Assembly (NCBI GenBank): GCA_026026165.1
Contig: JAPEUD010000028.1
Span: 186,001 to 250,000, forward strand
DNA length: 64,000 nucleotides
Reading direction: 5' to 3'
From: Sarea resinae
Lineage: Eukaryota
This document shows, in pieces, positions 1 through 13,538 of the stretch; positions within the stretch are counted from its first letter, which is position 1; the number at the start of each line of letters is the position of its first letter. The position numbers and the translations under genes were made by a program. The notes beneath the pieces were generated by a model, which saw only the letters and a program-made list of their open reading frames with translations, ran no database searches and was not told the DNA's origin.

Positions 1-1035
1 ATGGCCTTGAGCTGAAGGTCGAGATCACCGGATGCGAGAAGAAGATATGGTCGGCGGCTTATGAAATCGTCGAGGGTTGGCCAAATCCGCATTTTCCAAG
101 GCGGTCTCCGTAAATCTAGCAGCTTACGAGATTCTTCGAGGAACCTTTTGGCTATTACTGGACCCAACAAGGTTTTTTCACGGTCTCCATCAACGTCAAT
201 AATGCTGATGTTTGATGGGATTGGCTTTTCGCTACTGGAAGCGGGTTGTGGTGGAACACGTACGGTCCCGGATGGTTGCGAATCGTTCGCCTCAACTGAA
301 GCAGACTTCTGGACCTTGGAACAGCCCCTTGTCAATTTACTTGTAGATTTATTGCTGAGATTGGCTCACTTACCTTTGGATCGTTCTTGACACAGTAAAA
401 GTATAACTCGACAGGAGTATTTCCTCTCTTGTTCGTAAGGCTTTCCAACCGGGTCAACAGTTCATCGAACTCTTTCGAGGGAAGCTTGCTCATGAGAAGC
501 TCCTTGACAACGTCCAAGGTGAACTTGATGGATTTCCTATCAGGAAATTGGATTGCAAAAGTCGAACTAGGAAGGGACCGCGGAAACAGGAATTGGGCTA
601 CATCAAGAAGCAGCCAGAACCCTCTCAGGTGTGGTTTATCTCTTCGGTAGAAGCCCGACTGGGAGAGGCAATAGCCTATTTGGTTGTTCGAAAACTTGAT
701 CCAAGTCCCGTCGACGTTAGACCTGTCTTCGATCTGACAAATCCTGTACTTCACGTTAGGCAGTTTCAAGAGCGGCTGAATTCTCTTCTTGAACAAGGCC
801 TCTCCAGACTTGGGTGACTGCAAAAGGCGGAGCTGTAGAACAAACGCCATATTGTCTTTCTCGCCCGTTGGCATAACGCCAAGGTAAAGACTCCCAGTAC
901 CGGGGTATGCCGATGAGATCCGACCGCCAACCTCACGAGAAACACGCTCGAAGGTGGCGTACGAGAGATCCGAAAGATAAAGCCCGCCGAGTGCACCATC
1001 GATGAATGGTCTAGCGTTCACCGTGACTGACTTGA
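1..1035 (-). CDS. Hypothetical protein, partial (upstream exon(s) unresolved; 3' end probably runs off the window)
   Basis: 229-aa ORF 332..1021 is preceded by an acceptor-like GCTGACTCTCCCCAG (exon start ~1035) and has a GTAAGT donor at 373. After an acceptor at ~309-315 the frame stays open to base 1. No recognised motif. Confidence 0.45.
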
Positions 1036-2396
1036 CTGGGGAGAGTCAGCAGCTTTTCTCCGAGCAATGAGATCATGGGCCACTCGCTTTTGAGGGTGCC
1101 TCTGAGCATATTGAAGAGCCCCTGAGGGAGATCTCGCTTCCGGCTTGGAAGTCCGAATATTTGGGCTTCCGGGGAATCTAGGCGGTATGATCGTCGGGCG
1201 CTGGACAGGATCACAGGTTATTCTTATCGGGAAGCTTCCTCTCACTCCAAGGAACTGGCCGAAGACGTGGCTTATGGGACTGTTTCTGGTGAACAGGCAC
1301 AGATTTAATGTAGTAGTTGAACAAGCCGATATGCACCGAGATGGTTTGAAATATCTTTCGGTCAAACCGAAAGATGAAAAGACTATATTCTCAAAGAATA
1401 CGAAGCTCAGACAGCAGTATCAAATCGAGCGCAAATTCAGGAGAGTGGTCGAAGCTGGGTCAAGACAGATCCTCCTCATATAGTCATTGAAATCCATAGC
1501 ATCAAAGAAAAAGCCTTGCGCCTGATCGTCGCAAGGCTATTGAAGATTTGAGACAGAGCAGCTGATTGGGGGGTCGAGGCTACCGAGCAAGGCTCTGGCC
1601 CCGCAGCAACAAAAAGAGGATATTGCAAAACAAAGCCGTCAGTCATATTGAGGGCTCGAAGGAGCCTCGCATCGGGTTCCTAGCTCGCTGTCCCGAGGAT
1701 GGTGGGTGCATCTGTCTGCCACTCAATGCAAGTAGAGCCAGGCCAAGCAATGGGCTCAAATAGTCTCCTGTCTAGTGCAAGACGGATGAGCAGAAGGGAT
1801 TTTCAAAGAGGAGGAATCCGTCAAAGGAAAGAGGAGAGAGGACGAGAAAGAGACCTTCCGCCGACCAAGACATGAGGTGGCCGTATCCGTCAGTGCTTGA
1901 CTCGACGCCATCACGATACTATGCTTTGTCCCAGGTCTGCCCCACCTCAGACATGGCTGTTCGCGGGTCGATTGAGGTCGACGACGAACGAGCATCTGGA
2001 TAGACGAGATCTATCTTTTGTTGTCGTCGCCTCATCTTCCCCAGCAAACGCACAGTCCATCCTGCGACCCGTGATCCTCGCTGCCCTCGTCCGGCCCAAC
2101 AAAGAAACGGAAACGCGCACGGACGGACTCGACCGCTATCGATAGCGACATGTACTCATAGCAGAGTACCCTGAAATTACCGCGGTCGGCGAGTTCGGCA
2201 ACGATAAGGGTCTCCGCAGAAGGAGAACAACAATAATATGGCGACCCCATCATAGAATGAGCACCCCAATGCAAATCAAACAATGAAGCATCAATTGTCT
2301 GCCCCGCCGCGCCATGGTCACGTAGTTGCCATCGCCTAACCAAACGCATCGCCGCCACTTTCTTGCCTCGTTCCCCGTTCCGGCCATCGATCAATA

Positions 2397-3908
2397 ATGA
2401 CAATGACAATGCCAACCCTCACTCTCCCCTCGGCCTCCCTCCGGCCAATTCTCCTCACCACCACCCTCACTCTGCCTCCTCTCTTTCTCCTCCTCCGATC
2501 CGTGCTGTGCCCCGCTTCCCCAAAAGATTCCACACCCACGCCGTCGCCCCAAAGCACCCTCCTTCCCACCCTCTCCCCATTCGAGATCACCTCCCTGCCC
2601 TACCCCCCCGACTTCTACCCCGGCGCCCGCGATGTTCGGACCCCGTACGGCAGAATCAGAGCCTACGAGTTTGGGCCCGAGGGAGGCAAGAAAGTCTTGT
2701 TCGTCCATGGCATCAGCACGTCGAGTCCCGTGTTCTGGGGCCTGGCGTGGGGTTTGGTCGAGAAGGGATATCGGGTGCTGCTGTTTGGTGAGTTTGGTCC
2801 TTTGCAGCATCGTCGTGACTCGAGGCTCTCTTTGCACCCACTATCTCCTCCGTCGCTGGAGTTGATCTGCTGGTGAGCGTCTGGTCCAGACTCATGTCTA
2901 ACGGCACGGCACGGGACAGACCTCCCCGGCCGCGGCTACAGTGAAGCCGTCCTCGACCTGCCGCATGACAGCAGGATGTACACCTCGATCATGCTCTACG
3001 TGCTCGCCTCGTCGCCGCTGAACTGGCTCACCACGACCTCCTCCTCGTCCTCCTTGTCGGCTCCCCCATCATCAGAGCAAGGCATACACATTATCGGCTA
3101 CTCGCTCGGCGGCGCCCACTCGACCGTCTTCACGACGCAATTCCCAGCCCTCGTCTCCAGCCTAACCCTGCTCGCCCCAGCCGGCCTCCTACGAATCCCC
3201 TACCCGAGCCTCACGAGCCGCCTCCTCTACCCCTCCAACACGTGGCTACCTGACTGGCTCGTGCGCACGATCGTCAAAGGGCGCATGGGCGGCTGGGCCT
3301 GGGCGCCGTCATGGCCTTGGTGGCGCGGCCGCTGGAGCAAAGACCCCAAGGCGGCCGCAGCGGGCGCGACGGTCGAAAACCACGGCTACATCTCCCCCGT
3401 CCCCACCAGCGAACCAGAAGGCCTAGCAGAAGAAGCCGCCACGTCCGCAACATCGCCGAGCTCCAGCCCGGCCGCAACGGCAACGGCAACGGCCCCAGCA
3501 CGAGATCAACCTCCCCCTCACCCTCACCCGCAGCAGCAGAGGAGCAGGACCGGCCCCCCGCCCAACATCCCAGCCATCATCGCCCACCAGCTGCAGCACC
3601 ACACAGCCTTCATCCCCTCCTTCATCTCCAGCATGCGCCACGCGCCTCTCTCCTCCCAAACCACCACCTACGCCCTCCTCGCCCCACTGCTGAAACCCCT
3701 CATCATCGTCAGCACGACGGACCCGATCGTGAAAGCGGCCGAGTACGTGCCCGACGCCACGGCCGCGCTGGGCGGGCCCGAGCACCTCGAAGTGCGCGTG
3801 CTCGAGGGCGGCGGGCACGAGTTCGCCTTCACGAGGGCCGAGGAGGTCGTGGCGTTGATATCGAGCCGGCTTGCCGTGCGCACGCGCGCCGTTCTCGGAT
3901 CTGACTGA
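2397..3908 (+). CDS. Alpha/beta hydrolase with N-terminal hydrophobic segment
   Basis: VLFVHGIST, LF|DLPGRGYS across an intron (~2788-2919, GTGAGT...ACAG), nucleophile elbow GYSLGG, and C-terminal D (TTDPIV) and H (GGGHEF) consistent with a catalytic triad. Confidence 0.85.
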
Positions 3909-4379
3909 GGAAAGTGGACGGGAATGAGGAGACGGATGTTGTTGGGACTACTTCTATATACATACATACATACAACTCAATCACATACGGGCATAGAAGA
4001 GATGGATGGATGAAAACGATGGATATGAGGAGCCGGTCTTGAAACTTTTAGCTTAGCATTGGATTCACGGGTTCTAGGAGATCGAAGATGGGAAGATAGT
4101 ATTTAGATATTCATAATACGGCATGAACGATACAGCAGAACCAAGGCTAGAGATCCATCCGTCCATATCCGTGCTCACATACCTTATGATCGCTATGACC
4201 GAGACGCCTGGGAAATGCCTGACAAGCGCCAAAAAGCCCGGAAAAAAAAAAAACAAGAAACTAAAAAGACAAGACCAAACCCCCTTGATTACTTGAAATG
4301 GCTGTCGGGAAAACGTATAGAAAAGAGGACATATGGTCTTTCATGCTCTCCTACTCAACCCGGAAATCCACACTCATAC

Positions 4380-6088
4380 CTATTCCGTGTACGTCTCGAC
4401 CAGCTCCACACCCCTTCGCTGGCCTGCCGCTTCCCTAGCACCGCCACCGATAGGTGGACTAGTGATCGGACTTACGACGTCGGCCCTCGTATGCGTAGGC
4501 TGCGGTTCGCGCACGCCCATGCTCGGCCCATATGCCTCGTAAGCCGGTGCCGATGTCTGCGGTTGAGTCTGCTGAGGCCGATACGCCGTATCCACCGCGC
4601 CGGCCCCTGCAGTGCCGCTTCCGGCGCCGAGTCCATCGGTACGATATAATTCCTCGTCGCGAGGATGCGAGAGCGTATACTGTCTCTGCAGCTCAAAGCG
4701 TTCGTCTTCATCGTCCGACGACGAGGACCAGTATCCGTCTTGTCGAGAGGGGGCGCGTCGTTGGCTGCCCGATACTGCGGACACGGTCGAAGAGAAGGGG
4801 TTCCCTGGATTGGTGTAATACGAAGACGAGCGGGACACATCGCCGGTTTGCTGGCGGCGGCGTTGGGACTCGGTGACCTGAAGACGGAAGACGTTGGTCC
4901 CTGGTGTGAGGTCGTCAGGGTGAGGCACTTGCTCTTCATCTCGAGCAGCGGCAGCGTCTGTGGGGCGCAACGGCTCGACGCTGGGTTCGGGGTAGAGATT
5001 GGCATTGGATGGTTCATTGGGCGGTAGAGGATCCTTTCCCCAGCTGCGGATGGGATATGCACGGCCTTTCTTCCACGGCTCGGTGACAGGAGGAAAGTAC
5101 TGTCTGTAGGCGCACCAAGCGACCACTATGCCGAGAAGGCTTCCAGAGAGCACATCAAAGGGATGGTGGCGGGCGTCCATGATACGGGAGTCTGCAATCA
5201 GAGCGGCGCCCAGAGCAGGAACGAGAACGACGAAAGTCTTCCAGACTTCGCCTCTGGTATCCATGACGTGGAGTTTCCCAGCAAGATAGAGGGAAAGGAA
5301 AAAGAGGCCAGAGAATGCAGCTGTGTGAGACGATTAGCACAAATGGGTGCCGTGGAAGGACAGCGTCAAGCACATACTACTACTATGTCCAGACGGAAAA
5401 CTCTTGAATCCATCCTTTAGCATGGCTTTGTCCGTCTGAGCACAGATCGTATAATTACTTAATCCGAACGGCTGCGGATCCAGAGCGACCTTTGGCCGGC
5501 ATCTGGCAATGATATCTGGTCTCGGCTTCCCCGTCGCATTCTTGAGTGCGCCTGTTATAACATATGCTGCTCCACTCGACAACAACAGGCCCAGCACCCC
5601 ACAATTGAGCTCCCACAGTCTGTCTTTGAGTCTGTATTTTCCCAATGTTCTGCCTCGGTCATTCGAAGACGAAACTCTGTGACTCGAGAAGAGTCCGTCA
5701 ATCAAGAGAGTATAGACGGCGATGATGATTATTGGAGCAGCGATTGAAATGACGATAAGTAGTGGAGTTGATACGCGCTCGTGGACGGCGTAAGGGTATT
5801 GCAGGGTATAGTTCCGAAGAGAAAAGGGCTGATGGAAGGGTTCGATTGTGTCGAGGACGGTGATGAGGACGGCAAGAACGCTGCTCACGTTAGCGATGCG
5901 GTGCTTTCAAACGGCCGAATGCGAATGATCTCACATTATGATCACATAGTCGGCAATATATCTATTCAGAGGTCAGCAGAGGACCAAGGAAAGAGGGGCG
6001 TCTGCGGCATCACTGACGATACGATCACCCGCTTGGGCAGGCGTTTCTTGGAGAAGGGGAGTTTCTGGGGCAGTTGATAAGTGTCCAT
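4380..6088 (-). CDS. PAP2-family lipid phosphate phosphatase (DPP1/LPP1-like)
   Basis: All three PAP2 motifs are present: KNATGKPRP, SFPSGHSS and SRIMDARHHPFDV. Several TM segments, three short introns, ATG at 6088 (MDTYQLPQKLPF). Confidence 0.92.
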
Positions 6089-7531
6089 CGTAGTGATCAG
6101 CAATGCGTTGCGCTGTCTTTCTTGCCCGAGCTCTCGATCTGGGAGTCTCTGAAGCCACTTAAGCCAGGCGGTGGTTCTGCAGCGACTTCGCAGTCATGAG
6201 TGATCTCTTGATCTATGGACGAGAATGCGAGCGAGTTGATGGGCCAGGCAGACTGAGCAGCAGTTGCGTTCACGATCGAGCTGTGATTCGATCGTTGTTT
6301 CAACCTGACACCGCAATTGAGCGTTGGTTCCTATAGTCGAATAGGCGCAGTCAGCAGAGCCATGAGAGCCGCCACTTTCGTTGTCAGCATGTAGCTGGAG
6401 GTGCACTGGTGCGTGACGACGCGCGGCACAGCCCACTCGGAGCGAGCACACGAGCTTCGACGTAGGACCAGATTGGATCTGTGCAAGATAATAATACTCT
6501 CGTCAGATTGCTACTTCAAGCAATAGCCCCCGCGATATATCGACGATACTCTGGAGTATTGTCCACGGTAGGAGAAACTAATCAAGGGTGAGCAAGAATA
6601 AGCTCGCAACTACTCAAAGCCACAGCCGCCGTCAGCCAGACTTCAGTCCTGCACCGCCTCGCTTGGATCCCAACACCACATCGCCCAAAATAGAATGCCG
6701 AAGAACCTCGCCTCTGTGGAAGACCGAATACTCCTAGATGTTATGGACCGAGATAGATCTATGGAAGGCGAGGTACCATCACGATAGGCCGTGGTCTGAT
6801 CGAGCAGTCGGTATGGCCGCACGAAGGACTTCGATTGAGACACGATACTGTCTGTCATTGCTCCATACTACTCTGATGGTCCGAGACTTTGAATGTATAA
6901 GTAGAGTAGACTATATATACGCAATGAAGACCAACAATTTCAAAGAGAACATTCGGGGCGATTTGCACAAGCACAAGGCCAGATTGGACGGGATTCTCGC
7001 GGGAATACTTGAGAGAAAAGGTCGAGCTTTCTGCATTTTCCCCATGGATGGAATTCCTCTTTCACGTATGAACCAAATATGCAGTTTTCAATCATATCAG
7101 ATCAGAGGAGATTCGAATATCAACGGACAAGTTCTTTTTTCAGCCTGAAAGCCTTTCCTACTTTTCTTGTAGCTAACAATACGCCTACGAAACATAGATA
7201 CATGTCTTGACATCGTGACGGACGGAAGACGGACAGAGATTGCACCTCGAGCGAAAGACTGCATAAGACCGGTAATGACTGACAGAAATGGATAACAAGG
7301 GGTCCAGCTCCTCGGCACCAAGGAAAAGAGGGAGAGAGATTACATCTTCATCCTCTACTCCACCCCATCAGAAAAGAAAATGAATAACGTAGACCAACAT
7401 AGGGCGAGCAGCAGGCGACGAGGCTGGCATCAGTATTGACAGGCCAGGGCAGTCGATTGCTTGTGAATGGCCGCCACCCGCTTCATGACTGCGACGGCAG
7501 CAAGCGGGCACTATCACAGCATCCTGCTAAT

Positions 7532-8268
7532 TCAGAGCTGGACGTGTTGCTTCACAAAATTGGACGCCCCGACAGCATCGACGCCGTAAGCGAGATGCTC
7601 GACGTCAACGATGGGCAGATGTTTGCAGATCAGATCTCCCGAGAAGCAAAAGACTTTAACGATGCTCTCGTCAATATTTGGCATAGTCTGGCCGTCGTCT
7701 GGGTCGCCGAACATCACCTAGAGCGACAAGGTGTGAGTAAACATTCTGTACGCTATTCATGAGATCATGCTTACCACGGCGGCGACTCGAGAGGCGACTT
7801 GAGCGGTGATTTGCTTCGAAGCGAGATGGACAAGTTGAGCACCTTGGCTGTTTTCTTCTTAGTGTCGAACGTTTCGTCAGACCTGCCGAAGTCATACCTA
7901 TAGCCAGAGAGAACAATCTGGGTATCGGGGCATTGAGTGGCCGCTTGAGTGGTGAGGTTGGCCATGGTAGTACCTCCTGCCGGGCTTCCACCAACCAGAT
8001 AGCCGGGAATATCGGCGGGATAGTCAACACCTTGAACAGCTACCTTGCCGGCGCCGACAGCAAGCTCGAGAGCATTGAAGAAAGGAGGCCCGGCATCGGC
8101 ACCGACATTGCCCAGCTCCGTGGTGCCACGAGCGAAGATGACCGTGATGTTCCTGCAGATGCCGTTTTTGATATCGTTTTCGGTGATGGAGAGATCCAGG
8201 CGCTTGTCAATTGGTACTGCCGTAGCCAGCAGGCCGAAGAGAGCGGCGGAGAGGAATGCTGCCTTCAT
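7532..8268 (-). CDS. Secreted cutinase (CE5)
   Basis: Signal peptide MKAAFLSAALFGLLATA; VIFARGTTELGNVG; GY|SQG split by an intron; FGDP; CFSGDLIC...HLAY. Two introns. Confidence 0.95.
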
Positions 8269-8444
8269 TGCGGAATGTATGAGAGCGAGTGATTGATAGT
8301 TGGGAATTACTATTTTGATCTTGCCCTGCAAGTAGAGTCTGAGGTTGGTAACGAATGTGAGGAGGTACGATGCCTGCCGTGTGTAGAACGGAGATTTTGA
8401 GAGCACATCGTGGGAGCTCTTATAGGTTCATGAAGTCCGACGAG

Positions 8445-8452
8445 GCCGAGGC
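8445..8452. promoter_or_regulatory. Candidate CTF1/FarA site GCCGAGGC upstream of the cutinase gene
   Basis: GCC-N2-GGC palindrome containing CCGAGG, ~180 bp upstream of the cutinase ATG and ~20 bp upstream of a TATAAG on the minus strand (~8420-8425). Confidence 0.55.
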
Positions 8453-10160
8453 CGAGAAGGCTGGTCTGCCAGACAGGACGCACGGACAGAGATGAAAGAA
8501 TTGGTGGCTCCCTACTCTCATGCTAGTAGGAAGCCAAAGATCACGTACAGTTTGCGACTGCATCAGGAGCATTGACAACAACACTAGGAAATCATTGATC
8601 CAATCAGGTCAATAACAGTAGCAAAAGAGACATCGAGAACGCAAAAGATCCAAGCCATGACAAGGGCGCAAGGGATGGTCCTCGGGCCCGATACCCAAAC
8701 GAGAAGGACAAAGTGGGCTCAAAAGGAGTCCTCAGAGGAAGAGCCGGAGAGAGGTGAGTTGACACTCCTCGGCAGCCAAGGCCAAAGTGCGAGATGCTCG
8801 ACATGGCTCGATGATAGTGGAGATGTGAATGTGCCCTATGCAGCCAATGTGAAATGATGCCGACTGAAACACCCTGTCCCTCTTGACGCCGAATGGACGT
8901 GCTCGCTTCAAACGATAGGTCGTCAGGAGTCGCAGGGGCCTCGGACGGCACCCATCGCCTCCATCACCTTCCAATTCAAATGCTCAACGCGTCTGTGATC
9001 TTTTCGGAGCATCCCTAGAATATGTGATGGTGATATACCGCGATGAGATATCTCACTCGCCCATCTGCGCGCAGCCGTATCCTCTCCGGACAGTGTAGGG
9101 TCGCTCCAAAGCGTTTGGTTCCTGGTGCAGCCGAAGAACGGTTTTGCTCTGCAGGCTGTTACTCCGTAGACTCTCGGTATCGTTGGCGAACGGCGCCCCA
9201 CCAAGCCGCGGCTGTCTCATCGCTATCTCCTAGTGTCCCATCAGACTGTCGCGGGTTGCGATCGTCGTCAAGCATCCTCTCTTCGGCGATAGTCCCAACG
9301 CATATCATGATGCCACGCCGGTACGACGAGTAGTGATTATTGCCTCACACGCGATTGACATCGACGACCAGGACTTGAGCCGAGGCATCCGTGAAGCGGT
9401 TCCTTGCCCGCTGCCCAACGATCCAGGACAGGGTCTGTGGTAGGGAAATTAGGGTCGGGAGGCGTTTCCTAGAGTCCAAGCGTGCCGACATGGAATTGCG
9501 GGGTGCATTTCGCTTATATGCAGCGTTTCCTGTCTTTGACGGCCTTCCTCGACGGGCAGGGACCCGAAAACAGTTACGATCATGCAGGCGTCGCCGTCTC
9601 GTACTCGGTGCAAGGCAAGAGAAGCCTCCTGATCTGCTGGTCCGCCGACTTACCTCGGCGGACGGGGACGAGATGTTGGACGCCAGAGCAGAAACCTTTA
9701 TCTGCTGACATCTGAAACCTGCATCAGCAAGGTTGATCCCGATCATGAAGATGCAAAAGTTCCGACGACCCGACGATTGTCAATGGAATCAGATGGAGAC
9801 TCTCTCTGGCGGGAGCACTAACGGGAGGGCCGACGGCCGAACAGTGCGAAGCCAAGCCTGGGCTCTAGATCCTACCGGCCTCGTGCATTTCAGAATGTTT
9901 GGCATCTGTTGCAAATAGAGGAAGGAAGTTCATGGCGTTTCACGAGACCGTAAATGTATCTCTAGCTTCCTTATGGACAGTCGACTACATGAGGATCGCG
10001 GGCGAGCTGATGACTGTGTTCAACTTCTTGTTTTCGTAGGCTCGATCTTGTAACTTCGACATGAATGTGCTAAGCAATGCAACAAGGCAGAATTTTCAAA
10101 AAACACATCTCGGAGCCGACTATCATACAAAGACTGACAATCTAGATCTTACTCCGGGTA

Positions 10161-12000
10161 TCATACGCTTCCTCTCCACCTCTGCCGCAGGTTCCGCAAT
10201 TCCTTCAAAGCCCCCATGACCAAAGGTACGCCGACTGGTCCCAACAAGGGCAAGTATACGGCGACCTTGTGCTCGTCCGGAAAGTAAACCTGACCAACCA
10301 TGCTCTTCTCAAAGAAACCACGCTCTGCCTCTGCTTCGGCAACCCTGCCATTCTCCAGAGCGCTTTGGAATCGGCCTTCTCGCAGGTCGGCACAAGCATT
10401 ATGGAGGTGTGATATGGTCGTGTCTACGGACATTGCCACGCTCTCCGGAATGGAGATTGAGGGAAGAGCTTGCGTGAGGCGAGCCAAAGACCCCAGGGTA
10501 GAGGATGCAGAGAACAAGAGAGATGCCGCTCGAACGCGAGTCATTGTGAGTAAACGGAGCGGCAAAGACGACGGAGATTGTGATGTACCAAGGAGGGACA
10601 GAAGCTGATGTGAGAAAGTAAGAATTGCAGGGCGTAGTGCCTCCTTGGAGAGGTGCGACCGATTGCTGGCAGCAAGGCTTTCCGTCGGGCGATTCAGAAT
10701 AGTCACTCCACCCCACTGTGGCACGAGCCAGCTATGCGCTCCGTTCTCTTTCACCACAAGAGGGACTTTGTCCTCGGAAGGCACGTAGAGAACAAAATTC
10801 ACAGTGGGCCCTGTGCCGATGCTAGGACTGAGCGGCCATTCAGCGGCATTGATGAATCCGCTCAGATCCTCTTTTCGCAACGTCCAGCGTCCTTGATTCG
10901 CATCATGCTCCGGCTCCTGAATGGAAGGCGAGAACAAGGCATATAGCTGGACTTGAGTATCGACGGTAAAGTTACTGATGGATGAGAGAGAGTCCAATAG
11001 GGGAGCTAGGTACTCTTCTAAGGCGGCTTCGATGTCCCATGATGAGGGCGACGAGTTTGGGGTGAACAAAGAGAAAGTGAGATGGTAAGTTGGGGAATAT
11101 TTCAAGGACCTAGTCGTTCGACGAGCGAGACTTGCAGCCAAATCCGGCGAGAGAGACTTGATTGGATTGGAGCGTGATTCTCGATTCGTCGGAATTGCTG
11201 TTGCTGGATGTTGCGGTATAGCGCCGATGGAAGACGAGGACGAGGGATTGTTTCCCGTTGGGTTGGCAGAAAGTATGTATGCAATCATCGCTTGCTCCTC
11301 CGCAAATATCTCCTGTAGCCGGTCCGCAATGAAGTTTGCCAGTGGCGACGAAGTGGACGATGTCGAAGGTATTTGGTTAGGCGTATAGTATACATCGAGA
11401 GTAGGAGATGAACTCTGTAGCTCTGCGCTGGGAGTAGAGCCTGCTTCGCCAGGTAGCAGTCTAACCACCAAGGCCGAATCTTGTTCTGCTTCTTGTTCTC
11501 CGGAATATGAGAGTGTGGAAGCAGTAGTGCCATCGTTCACATTCGTATTTGGGGATATTGGCGACAAAGAAAGCCGTAAATGGTGCGCAGAGAATTCATT
11601 GAGATCATCAAGAGCATGTTGTGTCGTTCGCACGAGATGCTGAGCATCCTGCTCCTGCAACGCAGGAGCTTCAATTGTGATGTGTAAAGGAAATACTGGT
11701 CGACAAGCCTACAGAACGTAAGCATTCCATTAGAGTGTATATGCAAGCAGCACTCACCCGCCCTTCGGCCCAGTCCATCATCTCTCCCAGTGGGAGATGA
11801 GCACGGTGTACATTTGTCGTGCGCCACCAGAACGGCAGGCCCAGACAGATGACGACGGCCCAAAAAGAGAGGATAATATAGGATCGGATGCGCACGCTCT
11901 CTGGGCGCTCGGGTGGAGGTGTTTTCCGGGCATTGGCTATGGTGGCTGATTTAGCATGCTCAATGCCAGGTGGAACACTGGAGGACGTCGGATCGTCCAT
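10161..12000 (-). CDS. GPI17: GPI transamidase subunit PIG-S/Gpi17
   Basis: N-terminal TM (IILSFWAVVICLGLPFWWRTT), SWLVPQWGGV, and C-terminal FFEKSMVGQVYFPDEHKVAVYLPLLGP. One intron near 11710-11758. Confidence 0.93.
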
Positions 12001-12639
12001 TCTCAGGCATCAGCGGGAGTAAGTTGAGGATTCAAGCCGACTACCCTCATTTGCCGAGTGCCCACTATCTGATGGGGTCCGTGAGAAACATGATTGCACT
12101 ACAATTGCGAGCAGGAGGAATAGGCATATCAAATGCCAGAATGATGTCGGAATCCTGAGATTCCTACAAACGAAGCAAACAGCCTTTGTCTTCAACCATG
12201 CTGACTCAGCGATATTCATATTACCGGTTTAGGCAGTCAAGACCGACTGCCAATGGCACGGAATATATTGGACGTATTCTTTCGTAATCTTACTGCTACT
12301 GATCAATAGGAATGAGCTCTAAAGGATACTTTTAATATTTATCTAATAGAGCTCTACTAGCGAAAGAAAACGATCTGAACCAAGCCTTATTCAGGTATGA
12401 TATGAATGTAGCTCCATCCTTGTTGATTAAAGCCGCACCAGCCCCGGTATAGTAAATATTCCTATAGTTCTTTTGGCGCCATTCGTGAGCATGATTCCTC
12501 CGCCATACCTCGTAAATCAAAAGTCAACTCCGGCCGACTTGAGAATAACGGAATATGAAATGTTAACTTTCGAGTTGATGCCCTAATTCATTATTGAAAG
12601 CCCCAGTGAGAGATGGATTCGCCCACGACACATGGAAAT

Positions 12640-13538
12640 TCATTGTTGCCCCAGCGGTTGACTAGGCTGAATTGTAGATTTAAGTCCCGACGATCCAGAC
12701 AAAGACCGAGCCTTGGAGCGAGGACGGCGTCTGATTTCGGACAGAAGAAGAAACTCGTGGCCTTCGATCAGCTCGCCCAGGGGCCATTCAGTATCCTCTT
12801 GCACTAAGTCAAGAGCTTGAAGTGGTTCGGTGTGATCGACGTAAAAGTCGGTATCCACAGATGAAACAAGACCGCTGGTACCGTCTGGATCAAAAAGATT
12901 GCCGCGAAGCCTGGCATCCCTCACATAACTAATTGGGGAATCGTGCATGATAGATGCTGCATGACAACGGATAAAGTCAAGCTTTACCATGCTGATAGAA
13001 CCTGTCAAGTCAGTGCTAAATGACAAATGTGAGTTCACAGTCGGCTTACTTCCGAAAATCTTCGCAGCTGCCTTGCAAGCCGCCGCATGGGAGCTCATGA
13101 TGCCATAGATGTCATCATCGTCCTGTCTCAGTGCATTCAACAAGCCCAACGCAAGCCCACGCTCACGGTAATCGCGATCCACAACCAACTGAGTAATCCA
13201 CAACACAGATTTATCGTTATACTGCCAACGACACGCAAATGCATTTCCCGCGAGGTGATCGTCAACGGTAACCCTTACGTAAGAGCAAGAAGCACCGTGA
13301 GGGAGACATTGAATTCGAAGCCTGTCCTTGCTGAGTTTTACACGGCTGCCTGTTTTGCATCAGCAGGGCAACTTTGGACGCAGTCAAAGAGCCTTACCTG
13401 CTTTGGCGAAAGGGCCAATGACTCTGGAGGCTTCCTCTCCCAGACTCCGTAGTTCTCAGTGAAGAGCCGTGAGGCTTCTTGTAGCATAGCATCCGTGACT
13501 TGAGTTCCATCATACTTCTGAAAGACCACGGTCGACAT
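12640..13538 (-). CDS. Fungal hypothetical protein with GNAT-like acetyl-CoA binding segment
   Basis: Spliced model MSTVVFQKYD...ENYGVW...AGNAFACRW...WITQLVVDRDYRERGLALGLL, which resembles GNAT motif A. Two introns; TATATA at ~13590. Confidence 0.7.

Noticed and set aside
8604..9918. Short ORFs between cutinase and GPI17
   Set aside because: No recognisable motif or consistent splice model; likely promoter or intergenic DNA.
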